Source of the DNA: a virus
Lineage: Duplodnaviria; Caudoviricetes
Virus record (IMG/VR): IMGVR_UViG_3300030095_000903
Location: 1 to 46,451 of that record
Strand: one strand, 5' to 3'
Length of the DNA: 46,451 bases
The number at the start of each line of letters is the position of its first letter. Position 1 is the first letter of the stretch. This document shows positions 22,901 to 29,461 of the stretch, one piece after another. Both the position numbers and the translations under genes were made by a program. The notes under the pieces are model-generated. The model saw only the letters and a program-made list of their open reading frames with translations, searched no databases and had not been told where the DNA came from.

Positions 22901-23085
22901 TCTACACACTATTACCATTTGGTAGAATCATTAAGGATGTTGTTGGTCCGGGCGGGGCTATAGAGAATCCTTTCTATGCTGTTGAGAAATTTACTGGAGT
23001 ACCTTACATACAAGGTGGTAATTTTTTACAGGAAGCTAAGAAAGGAGATGCTGATGCTAAGAGTTTCTTTTCTAATTTACTGTAA
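13909..23085 (+). CDS. Giant virion-associated protein (3058 aa): putative single-subunit two-barrel RNA polymerase with an inserted GNAT domain
   Basis: LGGADLDGDKAF at 18067-18102, upstream MRVP (about 17960) and GFDGG (about 16420); GNAT motifs PEARNKGIGS and FWKKQGY (16840-17005); last gene of the virion operon. Confidence 0.7.
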   Translation: MAMQKAPWEPKANKEQTRESVVKYRLQPSLWDDNEKEIENLQKHAEYHRIPFARSDKHQDGMIMGSLKQFATGWGEGFSANIIQGEDEPDNTAEGIARQLGSLAGFLGYIPGSKFITPLRAIAKFTRNKSIPMRVANKATQTMSKAYPTLKRDAPSIAKIFSSENKMGDVLQGAFHLGIASGVSDWRGIVDEGMPRALEAVGWGGVYGGGFRALGNMKGFGKKLQASQLDPATGLPKLKTLSGGQLFDYGMRAAVSGVLSKELADYQYGGDLPFEQAVYEYVMGAAFSFNDTPLQTRLARKAIHDTIKNKYGYEEAYGKVPDPEMHPEWDTWTPEMQKFVKRDFDAWFGSDPEVKAATLMLQNQAMKNEGLTQKDIEKTMDKMVKKNIESAELNPEGELIDPVLKSDIKKVKDVIKDNPNNEDYQDLDMHINQLDNLPGKISGGKGYVDKYIVPRTGKGDMADRLVESLKIAKKWDELHSTVQGIARPKDGAVKEIIKFIKKEYKLENIEQKEIDWWRNWAEQTRKKRLVLQTFFADGEVGFIDKGVSPLGDKKELLFEPPKIQEVFNNLNTKLGKPQENFYTIADFFVRKGKEYGFTGKDLRRLQNELDKSFTPDGPPVKAKNVIRMVKSKIAKDLDEAGYYYTGGRGDKAAMYFVKKHPMVDPANRQKDLDMIQKAFDKAGFNKAKFNKHLLKMGIKYKQKFRGVHDNYYKDSLINNIYYDIHNNFGFNVAQKDIPSMLNKMLSSKGFIRDAKDYNKRAQIWFNSGQTTNTKVANEYLKSFKKRFKKEYNLSRDWKPLEFLGKKKDEISLVVWDDGLGIDKKNLKADRKNFERGEGFDGGIAALPEFIYALNKSNGITNEGRVNKSFIVSPNARYGAMLGKYMFFEASPKLQEAMRRKGIHALAPESGIKQMGLRKFGNVNVKGFKGVGNKIERIDFEAQVRKLLNNQGTFINAENAKVNGKKLPQERIGDIYLIPEARNKGIGSKFADLVENYKRSQGLRDIQIMAVGGRKKEGTEKHDNIEFWKKQGYKVTGKAVPVTLGKKVLNPELRGKRVYAIPMQKDIQGDIWVQGPKYNVPLRDIRTILSETTSKNDLAGAKFAKQMWSTIMHFSKDSTNPDLIKSMSDEVIKNSVEGDPELNKAWDAHIKNPNDVSERKILENIDDISLVKLAEAVTNTNDEGFASRVYDRIIQKNIETTRETAKESEVMKDEYIKSLGEVSEFEGILDRVGELYPKGNLGFYMHKFAKNYRQNAVKNYIVDRISRPKLKNGMKARMRPFDQGMWSDLDINDNQDIFYLDEGARSKKIYDPFFSGGYETLGKIWDEYSKKDNGIYKDNKEFIDDILEGVAMRVPMDSQSGAHALKFAGFTGAKGQGVLLHGRVMDALGGADLDGDKAFIFFGGKSGMWKEWKEIYKGQKDEFVDADGNQTPAKNEDAKKQFLKTDTELVEMNSNPISKYDPSLRMIMSEASYEGRETLGGAVTTRQALASAYDVIRLAEKTAYGPVKYVKGQYLPTIIQKGAYYFPVETKQGKVAYVKQTPKKAIERFKQLSRAAINLGADPMDEMGIKSASEIKQILNDSLFNYEFMYHKKVGKKNKERYIFTTASDLNLNTTPLKEMLKKFSQKGLHSNYATANNVLYGRDFLSGNKYSLGEIQSGVGSIDWVPRESQRNLLNFIATEYKKIPYEDNIFRRLDSEALNQLYKDNRREFTDRPELLKLFDRTSMMSRQGPLMRQILSKRLYKLENRIRLANNKAEFWDLFHTKWHPQYDAQVDGQKRGVMGNVPSHLYGKFMSKKANTTVKDRLQYLEYKLNQAEDFLVNDLSDMSSIKHILNVRDAGDVDDKDFKRVNQMVNDLKNSSYWVKKAREEARLDIQKVIEETGDKKTGEQFLKFLGLQKKGGESAKNQTDIDRQILFDKKALGKTNLHNLYDAMVLGTFQRTNKKLLDYLERKPKLRKNEVKFKEVLRKNGQNTSLMRLGFASKNVKDVNVKAHLDEYNKLYKQINPVPKEEEAFIKETAKKAESTTSAKYKTETGNVENKIIEASDLSESDRYYMDQIEPFAGLKKAKIKDKELLSTVYKLKNHLKHYHNLDSRDFNGLFRSMFQKNINQATKQDLQNFERFFQDMRDGSTWTRFISWVSGKKDKRPEIERRYWNRFPEANQREWLKYPGMVKWKADVTPFKDRFNNSIMGRSIRPTTVIGDLQNFAWKGAEFSLQTSEEEQNRLRDELAPYTQTSEYGTDLHKIAVSIRERGMVHALKEIMGDDPLLMSKQEAYMNNYNEVQPLYKKLKDKVFAVPLKDGTVNLTGEQIVKNINDIYTRKNKDLETMINGDADWFDNFVKPAFNKNGQPTWKGLDKLYNKYLQYSKEKFRRGERFDINKFGINGMQELNKLISLKFSLPKAKRTEKLLKEYAGKLGLGKKVTEVWDAEYYFPHISFDRKNVDAQLSKSLDSIFANTKMSKKDKYQAAKKLIYQSKTMTGDWAPKSISEENFEAMQDVYQRAAGDKKNEGVKQILPLGFKQPYSQYQRDAHLAGWSRDAEAYEANIKNLVDSFYKESMLTLSRSHIQEFYRKFRTQTKDKALATRWANFLKLYTQSSMGYPTDIPDALIDDPKMKLKWTPYMSFADSNMRNRISSIRDKLGITSKALKKYDVSKEDAKELNQYSQSKLQFWSGLEAKWQMASLLAHPKSAITNLFGGQIHTGISAGIQNLKNARDIDYLKTNINPEWRSMRDVEKWVEGLGIVEEFLLYEAGMNKELRGRRFENFVRDFSRKLKGKDDLKNTELTALIKKHKITDSMWNKASWFMRRPERTLRRDAFIAHYLQAKKNFGGAIRDYDHPFLIEMGRRGVKATQFLYSAPFRPMWTNSALGRVMSRFQLWSWNSVRFRKDLLNEARLRGFTPGTPEYNRAKRLVTADLMVYGLSSMFMYSLFDNALPAPWNWFQDTASAIFGDDEERERAFFGHPAGPLSIIKPPLFRFDQPIYEGLVNGNWDKMTDYYLYTLLPFGRIIKDVVGPGGAIENPFYAVEKFTGVPYIQGGNFLQEAKKGDADAKSFFSNLL

Positions 23086-23124
23086 AGTTCGCAAACTGCT
23101 TACTGTGATATAAAAATATAAGAT

Positions 23125-23164
23125 AATATGCAGGGGACAAAAGGATTTAAGCCCCCCACATATT
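23125..23164 (-). terminator. Hairpin between the convergent operons
   Basis: On the - strand, AATATGTGGGGGGC and GTCCCCTGCATATT pair over 14 bp (3 G-U), followed by a U-rich run. Confidence 0.6.
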
Positions 23165-23186
23165 GCGACTAGACTATGGCAAGTAG

Positions 23187-23375
23187 TTATTCGCTTAAAC
23201 GCCCCATTGCTATGTAAAATAGCTCTGGGGTTAATCTTTTAAGGTTACCATCTTGGCAACGCTTAGCCATTCTATTTACTACACATTTCAATTCATACAT
23301 TACTTGGTCCATTGCTCCAGCACCAAGTTGAATATTATGTTCTTTAAATGACTTTTTAATCTCTGCTTTTGTCAT
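23187..23375 (-). CDS. Putative histone-fold protein (62 aa)
   Basis: Short helix (KAEIKKSFKEH), loop (NIQLG), long helix (AGAMDQVMYELKCVVNRMAKRCQDG), NLKRLT, short helix; SD GGGGGAG upstream. Confidence 0.5.
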   Translation of the reverse strand: MTKAEIKKSFKEHNIQLGAGAMDQVMYELKCVVNRMAKRCQDGNLKRLTPELFYIAMGRLSE

Positions 23376-23553
23376 ATTCTCCCCCTACTTTAATTTTGAT
23401 ACTCGGTTTTGTCCCAGTTTGTTTACTCTTTTTATTTTTTCTATTAGCGTGATAGTTAGCCCATAGTTCTAACGCCGCTCTTTTACGTTCCGACATATCA
23501 GTTATTGGTTTTTTATCTTTACCTTTATAAGGTCTTTGTTTAGGTTTTTTCAT
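23356..23553 (-). CDS. Small very basic hypothetical protein
   Basis: Lys/Arg-rich 65 aa; overlaps the next gene. Confidence 0.6.
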   Translation of the reverse strand: MKKPKQRPYKGKDKKPITDMSERKRAALELWANYHANRKNKKSKQTGTKPSIKIKVGGEYDKSRD

Positions 23554-23569
23554 ATTACTCTTTCTTAAT

Positions 23570-23935
23570 AAAACAAGGCTCCCTCCTACTATCCAATATA
23601 TGGTGAGGAAAGAACAATACCGTGTCTAATAAAACCTCTTTATATATCTTCATACTTCGGTCAGAAGCCTTGTTATGTTTATGTGCTGTGTTCGTGGTGA
23701 CTCTAATATCCACGTTTCGTTAGGTAGCGAACCCGATAGCCTAGTCCACAGCACTGGTACCAAATCTGGAAGAGTCCCTAGTGCCAACCATTTTTCATTT
23801 GTCATTCTTCTTCTTTTTGGAAAACTATTCGCTAGGGACCAAGGGTCTTCCTTGGTAATTAATCCATTATTGCTAGTAGTTCACCTCACAGAGCAACCTT
23901 TTGGTTACAAACTCTGACTAATGAGGGACTCTTTC
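23570..23935. other. Structured intergenic region, possible ncRNA/regulatory RNA
   Basis: Several inverted-repeat pairs: 23572-80/23666-74, 23683-90/23747-54, 23770-79/23924-33, plus a local hairpin at about 23838-56. Confidence 0.4.
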
Positions 23936-23938
23936 ATT

Positions 23939-24364
23939 TTAATCGCAATTAGAACCGGGTATACACTTAGTAAATTCTCCAGTTCTTTGCAAGTTTTGCT
24001 CATCTTCTTCATTCCAATTACAATTTTCTTTCATACTTTTCATCAAATCATTTACTTTATGTCCGTATTGTATTTGGTTTTCTTCAAAAGCTTTAGAGCT
24101 TAGCATAGACATACCTTTAAATATGATTGCAAGTTCTTCAGGTTGCACTGTCTTTTTATTGCTTACCCTGTCTTTCTTTTCTTTATCATACTGTTCAAGT
24201 AATACTGCGGCTAAATAAACTACTAAATCAAGCATTTCTTCTGTTGATTCTTTAAAGTTATCTCTACCGCCTTCTCCGTTTAATGGTATATCTTGTCCAT
24301 ATTTCTTTTGTCCAAGTTTGAGTCTATCTCCAACAAGCTTTAATACTCTATCGTTAGTCTTCAT
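23939..24364 (-). CDS. Hypothetical protein, N-terminus resembling all-alpha NTP-pyrophosphatase-like phage proteins
   Basis: RLKLGQKKYG...ESTEEMLDLVVYL acidic helix motif. Confidence 0.45.
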   Translation of the reverse strand: MKTNDRVLKLVGDRLKLGQKKYGQDIPLNGEGGRDNFKESTEEMLDLVVYLAAVLLEQYDKEKKDRVSNKKTVQPEELAIIFKGMSMLSSKAFEENQIQYGHKVNDLMKSMKENCNWNEEDEQNLQRTGEFTKCIPGSNCD

Positions 24365-24624
24365 TTCACACTCTTTTCAATACTTGGTGGAAATACCATT
24401 ACTTTGCCTTTTTTACTTAGCTTATCTTTAAAGTAAGTCCAAGGCATAAGAACTTTATTAAAGAATTTATAATGATAGTTTGTAGTTCCTTCTTTTGCAT
24501 CGTCTAGTGCTTGGTCATAACCGTGACGATAACCTCGCCTATAACTTGCTTCTTGTTCTCTATGTTGTTTTTTCTCTTTTCTAGTAAAAGGTTTACTAGC
24601 TTCTTTTGCTGTTATTATTTTCAT
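24361..24624 (-). CDS. Hypothetical protein (SYRRGYRHGYDQA motif)
   Basis: Coupled ORF; likely start at the ATG overlapping the HNH stop. Confidence 0.6.
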   Translation of the reverse strand: MKIITAKEASKPFTRKEKKQHREQEASYRRGYRHGYDQALDDAKEGTTNYHYKFFNKVLMPWTYFKDKLSKKGKVMVFPPSIEKSVK

Positions 24625-25058
24625 TACCATCTGCCTCCTTTGGCAAGTTTTCTCATTACATATTTATTTAGTTCGTCTGGTAATCCACCTACTAATTGCA
24701 TTAACAATATAAAGTCTTGCTCATCTAACGGTCCTTTTCTTGTATTACAAGTCTTACATATTAATTGTAAGTTTTCTTTTGTACTCGGTCCGTTTTTAGC
24801 AAGGGGTATGATATGGTCACAGGCTATATTTCTATAATCTAATCTCTTATCACAGTAACAACATCCTTTTCCGTATATGTCATAAAACATTTTTCTTATA
24901 TCTGTTTTATCTATAGTACATTTTACGTTCGCTTCTATACTTCTTCTTTTTAAAGAAGACATTAGAGTAGACATTTTTGAAGATAACTTTTTATAAGCTT
25001 TATTCCAGAATGTCTTATGTATAGGATATAGTTTTTCTTTAAATTGTTCTTTTTTCAT
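24624..25058 (-). CDS. HNH endonuclease
   Basis: CCYC...DHIIPLAKNG...NLQLICKTCNTRKG. Confidence 0.9.
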   Translation of the reverse strand: MKKEQFKEKLYPIHKTFWNKAYKKLSSKMSTLMSSLKRRSIEANVKCTIDKTDIRKMFYDIYGKGCCYCDKRLDYRNIACDHIIPLAKNGPSTKENLQLICKTCNTRKGPLDEQDFILLMQLVGGLPDELNKYVMRKLAKGGRW

Positions 25059-25065
25059 AATGCAA

Positions 25066-25093
25066 TAGGGGGATAGGATTAACTACCCCCCTT
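25066..25093 (-). terminator. GC hairpin between the HTH and HNH genes
   Basis: AGGGGG...CCCCCT inverted repeat in an intergenic gap. Confidence 0.4.
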
Positions 25094-25100
25094 TAGTTTG

Positions 25101-25310
25101 TTATGCTAGAGTATACTCTGCATATTGATTACCAGTATGTGACTCAATTCTATTGGTCTTTACATCGTGACCATCTTTTCTTAAGTCGCATATTACAGCC
25201 GCTAACCTGAAACATCCACACGAATTTAAAGCTAACATTGGATTAACTTTAACTCCGTCCTTTAGCATTTTCAATATCATTGATTTTTGTGATTGCTTTT
25301 GTCTTGGCAT
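25101..25310 (-). CDS. Winged HTH DNA-binding protein (HTH_39-like)
   Basis: SQKSMILKML...ALNSCGCFRLAAVICDLRKDGHDVKT...YAEYTL. Confidence 0.8.
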   Translation of the reverse strand: MPRQKQSQKSMILKMLKDGVKVNPMLALNSCGCFRLAAVICDLRKDGHDVKTNRIESHTGNQYAEYTLA

Positions 25311-25507
25311 AAGTTACTTTCTCCTTTAGTAAAGTGTGAGTGAACTCCAAACTTCCAGAAACTAATAGAGAAATCAATATCAAACTGTGACTTTGACTGC
25401 ATAAGTATAAAGCCAAATCTAAATAGGTTTAATACTGTTAAGTACATACCTTTGTTTAGATTATTATTGATAATGTGTCCTCTTAAGAGACCTTTAAATA
25501 ATCTCAT
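25277..25507 (-). CDS. Hypothetical protein
   Basis: Coupled to the upstream stop (TAATG). Confidence 0.55.
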   Translation of the reverse strand: MRLFKGLLRGHIINNNLNKGMYLTVLNLFRFGFILMQSKSQFDIDFSISFWKFGVHSHFTKGESNLCQDKSNHKNQ

Positions 25508-26040
25508 TAACTTCTCCTGACTCTTTTAACTTTTTCAGCATAAAAGCCTGGAATTGTTTCACCCTTGTTAAGAACCTGTCTAGCCGCTTTCTTATCAATC
25601 TTCTCAACGTGTTCCCACGTTTTGTAGACATCAGGTATAGCATCTTTATCTACTATAGCTACCGGTCCAAGTGTTTCATACATCTTATATCTTGCTGTAT
25701 CTGTTTCGTATACTCCGTTTTCGTCACCAAGCTCTGATACAACCATAGGTAAAAGTGATTTGTTAAAGTATTCTTTCATACTTTCTACTGCTTTTTTCCT
25801 CACTCTTAATCTAGTTTGCTCTTGCTTGATAGCTTCTATTTCAGCATCAATAAGATGTTCTTTCCTAGATAGTTCGACCATAAAATAATCTATGCCATCT
25901 ACTTTTTTTCTAATCTGACCTTGTATATTCTGCATTTGACTTTCTAATATTAACTGCTCTTCGTTATCTGTTTCCATTTGCAAATTAATGTCAGTGTCTA
26001 TATACTCTCCTATTAGGTCTCTTGTTGTTTTCTTTTCCAT
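25507..26040 (-). CDS. Siphovirus gp157-like protein
   Basis: KVDGIDYF...IDAEIEAIK..RL...IPDVY...IDKKAARQVLNKGETIPG. True start is likely MEKK at 26040, not 26088. Confidence 0.75.
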   Translation of the reverse strand: MEKKTTRDLIGEYIDTDINLQMETDNEEQLILESQMQNIQGQIRKKVDGIDYFMVELSRKEHLIDAEIEAIKQEQTRLRVRKKAVESMKEYFNKSLLPMVVSELGDENGVYETDTARYKMYETLGPVAIVDKDAIPDVYKTWEHVEKIDKKAARQVLNKGETIPGFYAEKVKRVRRS

Positions 26041-26192
26041 TACCTTCGTCCTTCTTTCTCTATATGAACTGCTTGTTGTATGTACCATTCTATTTGCTTT
26101 TTAACAGAGCGTTTTTCTTTTTCTGCTATAGTTTGCAGAACTGCTTTTTCTTCTGCTGTTATTTCAGCTTTTACAATGTGTAGTTTCTTCAT
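26040..26192 (-). CDS. Ribbon-helix-helix (Arc-like) DNA-binding protein, 50 aa
   Basis: MKKLHIVKAEITAEEKAVLQTIAEKEKRSVKKQIEWYIQQAV...; TAATG-coupled on both sides; absent from the ORF track. Confidence 0.7.
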   Translation of the reverse strand: MKKLHIVKAEITAEEKAVLQTIAEKEKRSVKKQIEWYIQQAVHIEKEGRR

Positions 26193-27979
26193 TATACTCT
26201 CCTTGGTAGTCTAAAGGATGGAGTCCAGTTTAAATCAACTGTAAATAGGTCCCCATCACTGTTTTTAAATAGTTCTACAGTCTTTTCTGAACTATCTTGT
26301 TTTCCATTAATACCAATTACTTTACGTGACGCATTTTCTATTGCACCACTACCTTTACCTGCGTAAATGTCTAGTATTTGATTTCTGCTGTATTCTCTTG
26401 ACACCTGAGAGACTTGTATTATGATAATATCCATATTAACAGCTAAGTTTGATAGATAGTGAGATATATATTTAATTTGTTCGTACTCGCCTCTTATGTG
26501 CGGCGGAGTTTCTACTAAATCTATATAATCTACTACTACTAACTTAGGCTGTAGGTCCCTAACTTGTTTTTGAATTAAGTCAGGTGATGGACTAATAGTT
26601 TGCATAACTATGTGTTCTAGTAAATGCCCATACATCTTACCGACATTTTTACTATCTCTAGATACATCTTCTTTACTCATACCACTAGCTATTTGCAAGT
26701 TTCTTCTGTGCATATACCAGCCACTTAATTCTAATGATAGAAATAATGTTGGTAACTGCCATTCCTTGTTAATAACGTTTTGTTGAAAATCGTAACCTAA
26801 CGCTATGTTCTGAGCTAATGTTGTTTTATTAGCACCAGTAGGACCAAAGATAGTAACTAATTCACCCGGATAAACTGTACAATCTTTATCTTCTAGACCA
26901 AACATTTTACTAAGGTCTATTGCTCTTCCAGAAAAGTCTGTTTCTAATCTTTCTTGTAACTCGCTTTGCAAACTACTATTAGTTTTAACATCAACTAAGT
27001 AGTCTTTATTTTTGTAATATACACACTTAGGGCTACATACCGTTTTTAACAAAGCATCTTGACACCCGTACTTATAACCATAGTTATAGGTACTTTCGAC
27101 CTTATCTATAACTATTTGCGGGTTAAGTTGATTGTTATTCCAATGTAACATAGCGGCTTTAGTTGCGTCACTGGGTATTCCGTGTCTTCTCATATGAGAT
27201 GCTACACGCATTATTGAGTGATTTCTACTGCCTTTCTCTGCTCCTCTGTTGTATATTGTTTGTATGCACGGCACAACATTTGTGTTTTCATTTACCTTAC
27301 CCATTGCTTTAACTTCAGGTATATCTGTACATATGGTGTTTTCCATATTTCCATCACCCCATAGTTCTGTACCCATATATGCAGTTCTTCTTGTTTGTGC
27401 AAGTTTTTGTATATCTGGATAAGTACCATTCATCAGTTCATCTCTACTTATAGGGACTTTAAATAACTGACTTTTGATATTAAGTGTATGAGCCATTCTA
27501 ATGATTGCTGTTCTACTGTACACACTAGGGTCTAACTTAAAATTAGGAAAAGCTTGTAACATTGTTTGTTTAACAACGTATGGTAGCTCATTATCTGCCT
27601 TAAAATTAAAGTTATCTCCTGCTAACATTATGTGATAGCCTGTCCCACTGAAGAAACATTGATAATTGCCGTCTTTCAGATTATATTCACTCTCACAAAA
27701 TGCGAGAATGTCTTTAGTCATACTATGTGTATATTCATCTGTGTTGTCACCTTTATCAACGTCTATTGGTATTTCGTCTATATGTCTGGTACCCAAGAAA
27801 CTCTTTACAGTTTTATTCTTTTGTACGAAGTCTAAGCCTTCTTCATCGTATATATATACGCTTCTGTAGATTGCTTGAGTTTGACCAGCCTCATAAACAA
27901 TATCCCACATATCATCATAAGGGACTAAGGTCCCCCTCCTTGAAGGGGAACCTATAGCCATTTCTACATATCGTGCCAC
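26192..27979 (-). CDS. Primase-helicase fusion (AEP-like primase, PriCT-like region, SF4/DnaB-like helicase)
   Basis: IDVD and FSGTGYH (AEP motifs), GSRNH (PriCT-like), Cys cluster, GPTGANKT, FLSLE, VVVDYIDL, VSQVSR, GSGAIE. Confidence 0.85.
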   Translation of the reverse strand: MARYVEMAIGSPSRRGTLVPYDDMWDIVYEAGQTQAIYRSVYIYDEEGLDFVQKNKTVKSFLGTRHIDEIPIDVDKGDNTDEYTHSMTKDILAFCESEYNLKDGNYQCFFSGTGYHIMLAGDNFNFKADNELPYVVKQTMLQAFPNFKLDPSVYSRTAIIRMAHTLNIKSQLFKVPISRDELMNGTYPDIQKLAQTRRTAYMGTELWGDGNMENTICTDIPEVKAMGKVNENTNVVPCIQTIYNRGAEKGSRNHSIMRVASHMRRHGIPSDATKAAMLHWNNNQLNPQIVIDKVESTYNYGYKYGCQDALLKTVCSPKCVYYKNKDYLVDVKTNSSLQSELQERLETDFSGRAIDLSKMFGLEDKDCTVYPGELVTIFGPTGANKTTLAQNIALGYDFQQNVINKEWQLPTLFLSLELSGWYMHRRNLQIASGMSKEDVSRDSKNVGKMYGHLLEHIVMQTISPSPDLIQKQVRDLQPKLVVVDYIDLVETPPHIRGEYEQIKYISHYLSNLAVNMDIIIIQVSQVSREYSRNQILDIYAGKGSGAIENASRKVIGINGKQDSSEKTVELFKNSDGDLFTVDLNWTPSFRLPRRV

Positions 27980-28594
27980 TTAGAAAGAAGTACGACTAGT
28001 AGTTCCTGTTACTTGACCATTAACTGGCGTAGCAACAACATTACCCTCTTCTCTAATCAGATTCTTGGATTTTAAGAACTGAACAAATGATTCTAGTTCT
28101 GCTCTTCCTTTCTCTGTATTAGTGGTAATGCGAGGATATACTGTAGTATATGCAGTAGTAGGGTCCTTCTTTGAAGGCTCCTTATACACATAACAGTAGT
28201 ATTCCCTCTTAGGGTCAATAGGATGTGGTTTGATATGTTCTTCTAATGAAGTAACTAAGTCAATAGCTCTTCCACTATCATCGACCATATCACCCTTTAC
28301 ATCTGGACCTCCGTTGAACCCTACAGTATCAGCGAACCGATACCATTTCTTTAACAAAGAGCAAGTCTTGATGTTACCATCTGGCTCTCTATCATAGGAA
28401 CCCAAGATTTTCATATCTACTGGATATTGTGATTTTTCTACATCTAGTTGTACTCTTAAGAATAAATCAGCCCAATCAAATTGCTCTGTTTGGTCTTCTA
28501 GTTCTGTAATTGCACAAGCTTGAAATCCGAGGTAATCACCTCCTCCTTCACTTCCACTATCTATGTCACTTGGTCTGAATGGTGCATTGCTCAT
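27980..28594 (-). CDS. Putative single-stranded DNA-binding (OB-fold) protein
   Basis: Sits between an AAA_24 ATPase and a primase-helicase; beta-rich pattern; ends in Phe. Call is mainly from synteny. Confidence 0.45.
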   Translation of the reverse strand: MSNAPFRPSDIDSGSEGGGDYLGFQACAITELEDQTEQFDWADLFLRVQLDVEKSQYPVDMKILGSYDREPDGNIKTCSLLKKWYRFADTVGFNGGPDVKGDMVDDSGRAIDLVTSLEEHIKPHPIDPKREYYCYVYKEPSKKDPTTAYTTVYPRITTNTEKGRAELESFVQFLKSKNLIREEGNVVATPVNGQVTGTTSRTSF

Positions 28595-29457
28595 TCGCTT
28601 TTCTCCTTGTATTTTACTATTTCATTAACAATACTCTCATAATCAAATGGTAGTACTTTCTGGCTGAGTGGCTTTAATCTACTGCCTACTACACGCTCGT
28701 CGTATGCTTCGAATGAAACATAATACTTACCATCATCTTTACTTGCTGTTGAGTATCCTATGACATCAGCTTTAGCCGCTAAGCTATAACCTAGTCCTCT
28801 AGGTAGTTCTGGACTTAACTGTGCTTTACCATCCGTGACTGTTGTAGTCTTTGAATGTGACACAAGTATCAGATTACCACCTACTTTCTTGATAAGATTC
28901 TGGAATCTCTTGATGATGTCAACGTTCTTCCGTCTGGCTTTACCCCAGTCAGCACCCCATTGACCTTCACCCATCGCAGTTATTCCAAGTTCCTGCAATA
29001 CAGTTTCTTCTACCCACTCATTTACTTGACCGAGTGTGTCGATTACTACTGTGTCGTAAGGTAATTTGTCCCATTCTCTCTCTAACCATTGATAGGCTTC
29101 GATTAAAGAATAGACTGGCATAGGTTTTCCCTTATCTTGTCCACTTCTGTAGACAAACCCACGCTCTGTTGGTGGAATCATCTCTATTTGAGGTGTCCCA
29201 CCCTTTGTTACTTGTTTGCCATCTTTTAAAACTGGACGACTAGGAGCGTTAAGACTCGCTATAGTTACAACGTTTGCATTATCTACAAACTCTGCACCTA
29301 AATCAGTGTCAAGTACTAAGACACCATCTGAACCTTTCTCACTCCAACTGGCACAAGCTGTTGTTTTACCAGTCTTTGGTTGACCTATAAAGAAATAAGT
29401 CAAACCTGAGGGCATACCTTTCCCCCAATCAGTACTAACTTTGCGTACTTCTATCAT
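28591..29457 (-). CDS. AAA_24/Sak4-like P-loop ATPase (recombination/replication)
   Basis: GQPKTGKTT, VLDTDLG, TVVIDTL, LILVSH, ADVIGY. Confidence 0.85.
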   Translation of the reverse strand: MIEVRKVSTDWGKGMPSGLTYFFIGQPKTGKTTACASWSEKGSDGVLVLDTDLGAEFVDNANVVTIASLNAPSRPVLKDGKQVTKGGTPQIEMIPPTERGFVYRSGQDKGKPMPVYSLIEAYQWLEREWDKLPYDTVVIDTLGQVNEWVEETVLQELGITAMGEGQWGADWGKARRKNVDIIKRFQNLIKKVGGNLILVSHSKTTTVTDGKAQLSPELPRGLGYSLAAKADVIGYSTASKDDGKYYVSFEAYDERVVGSRLKPLSQKVLPFDYESIVNEIVKYKEKSE

Positions 29458-29461
29458 ACGT

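Noticed and set aside
23675-23917. 80-aa + strand ORF, and a possible tRNA in this gap
   Set aside because: The ORF is antisense to the operon with no SD. I could not build a cloverleaf with proper D and T arms.
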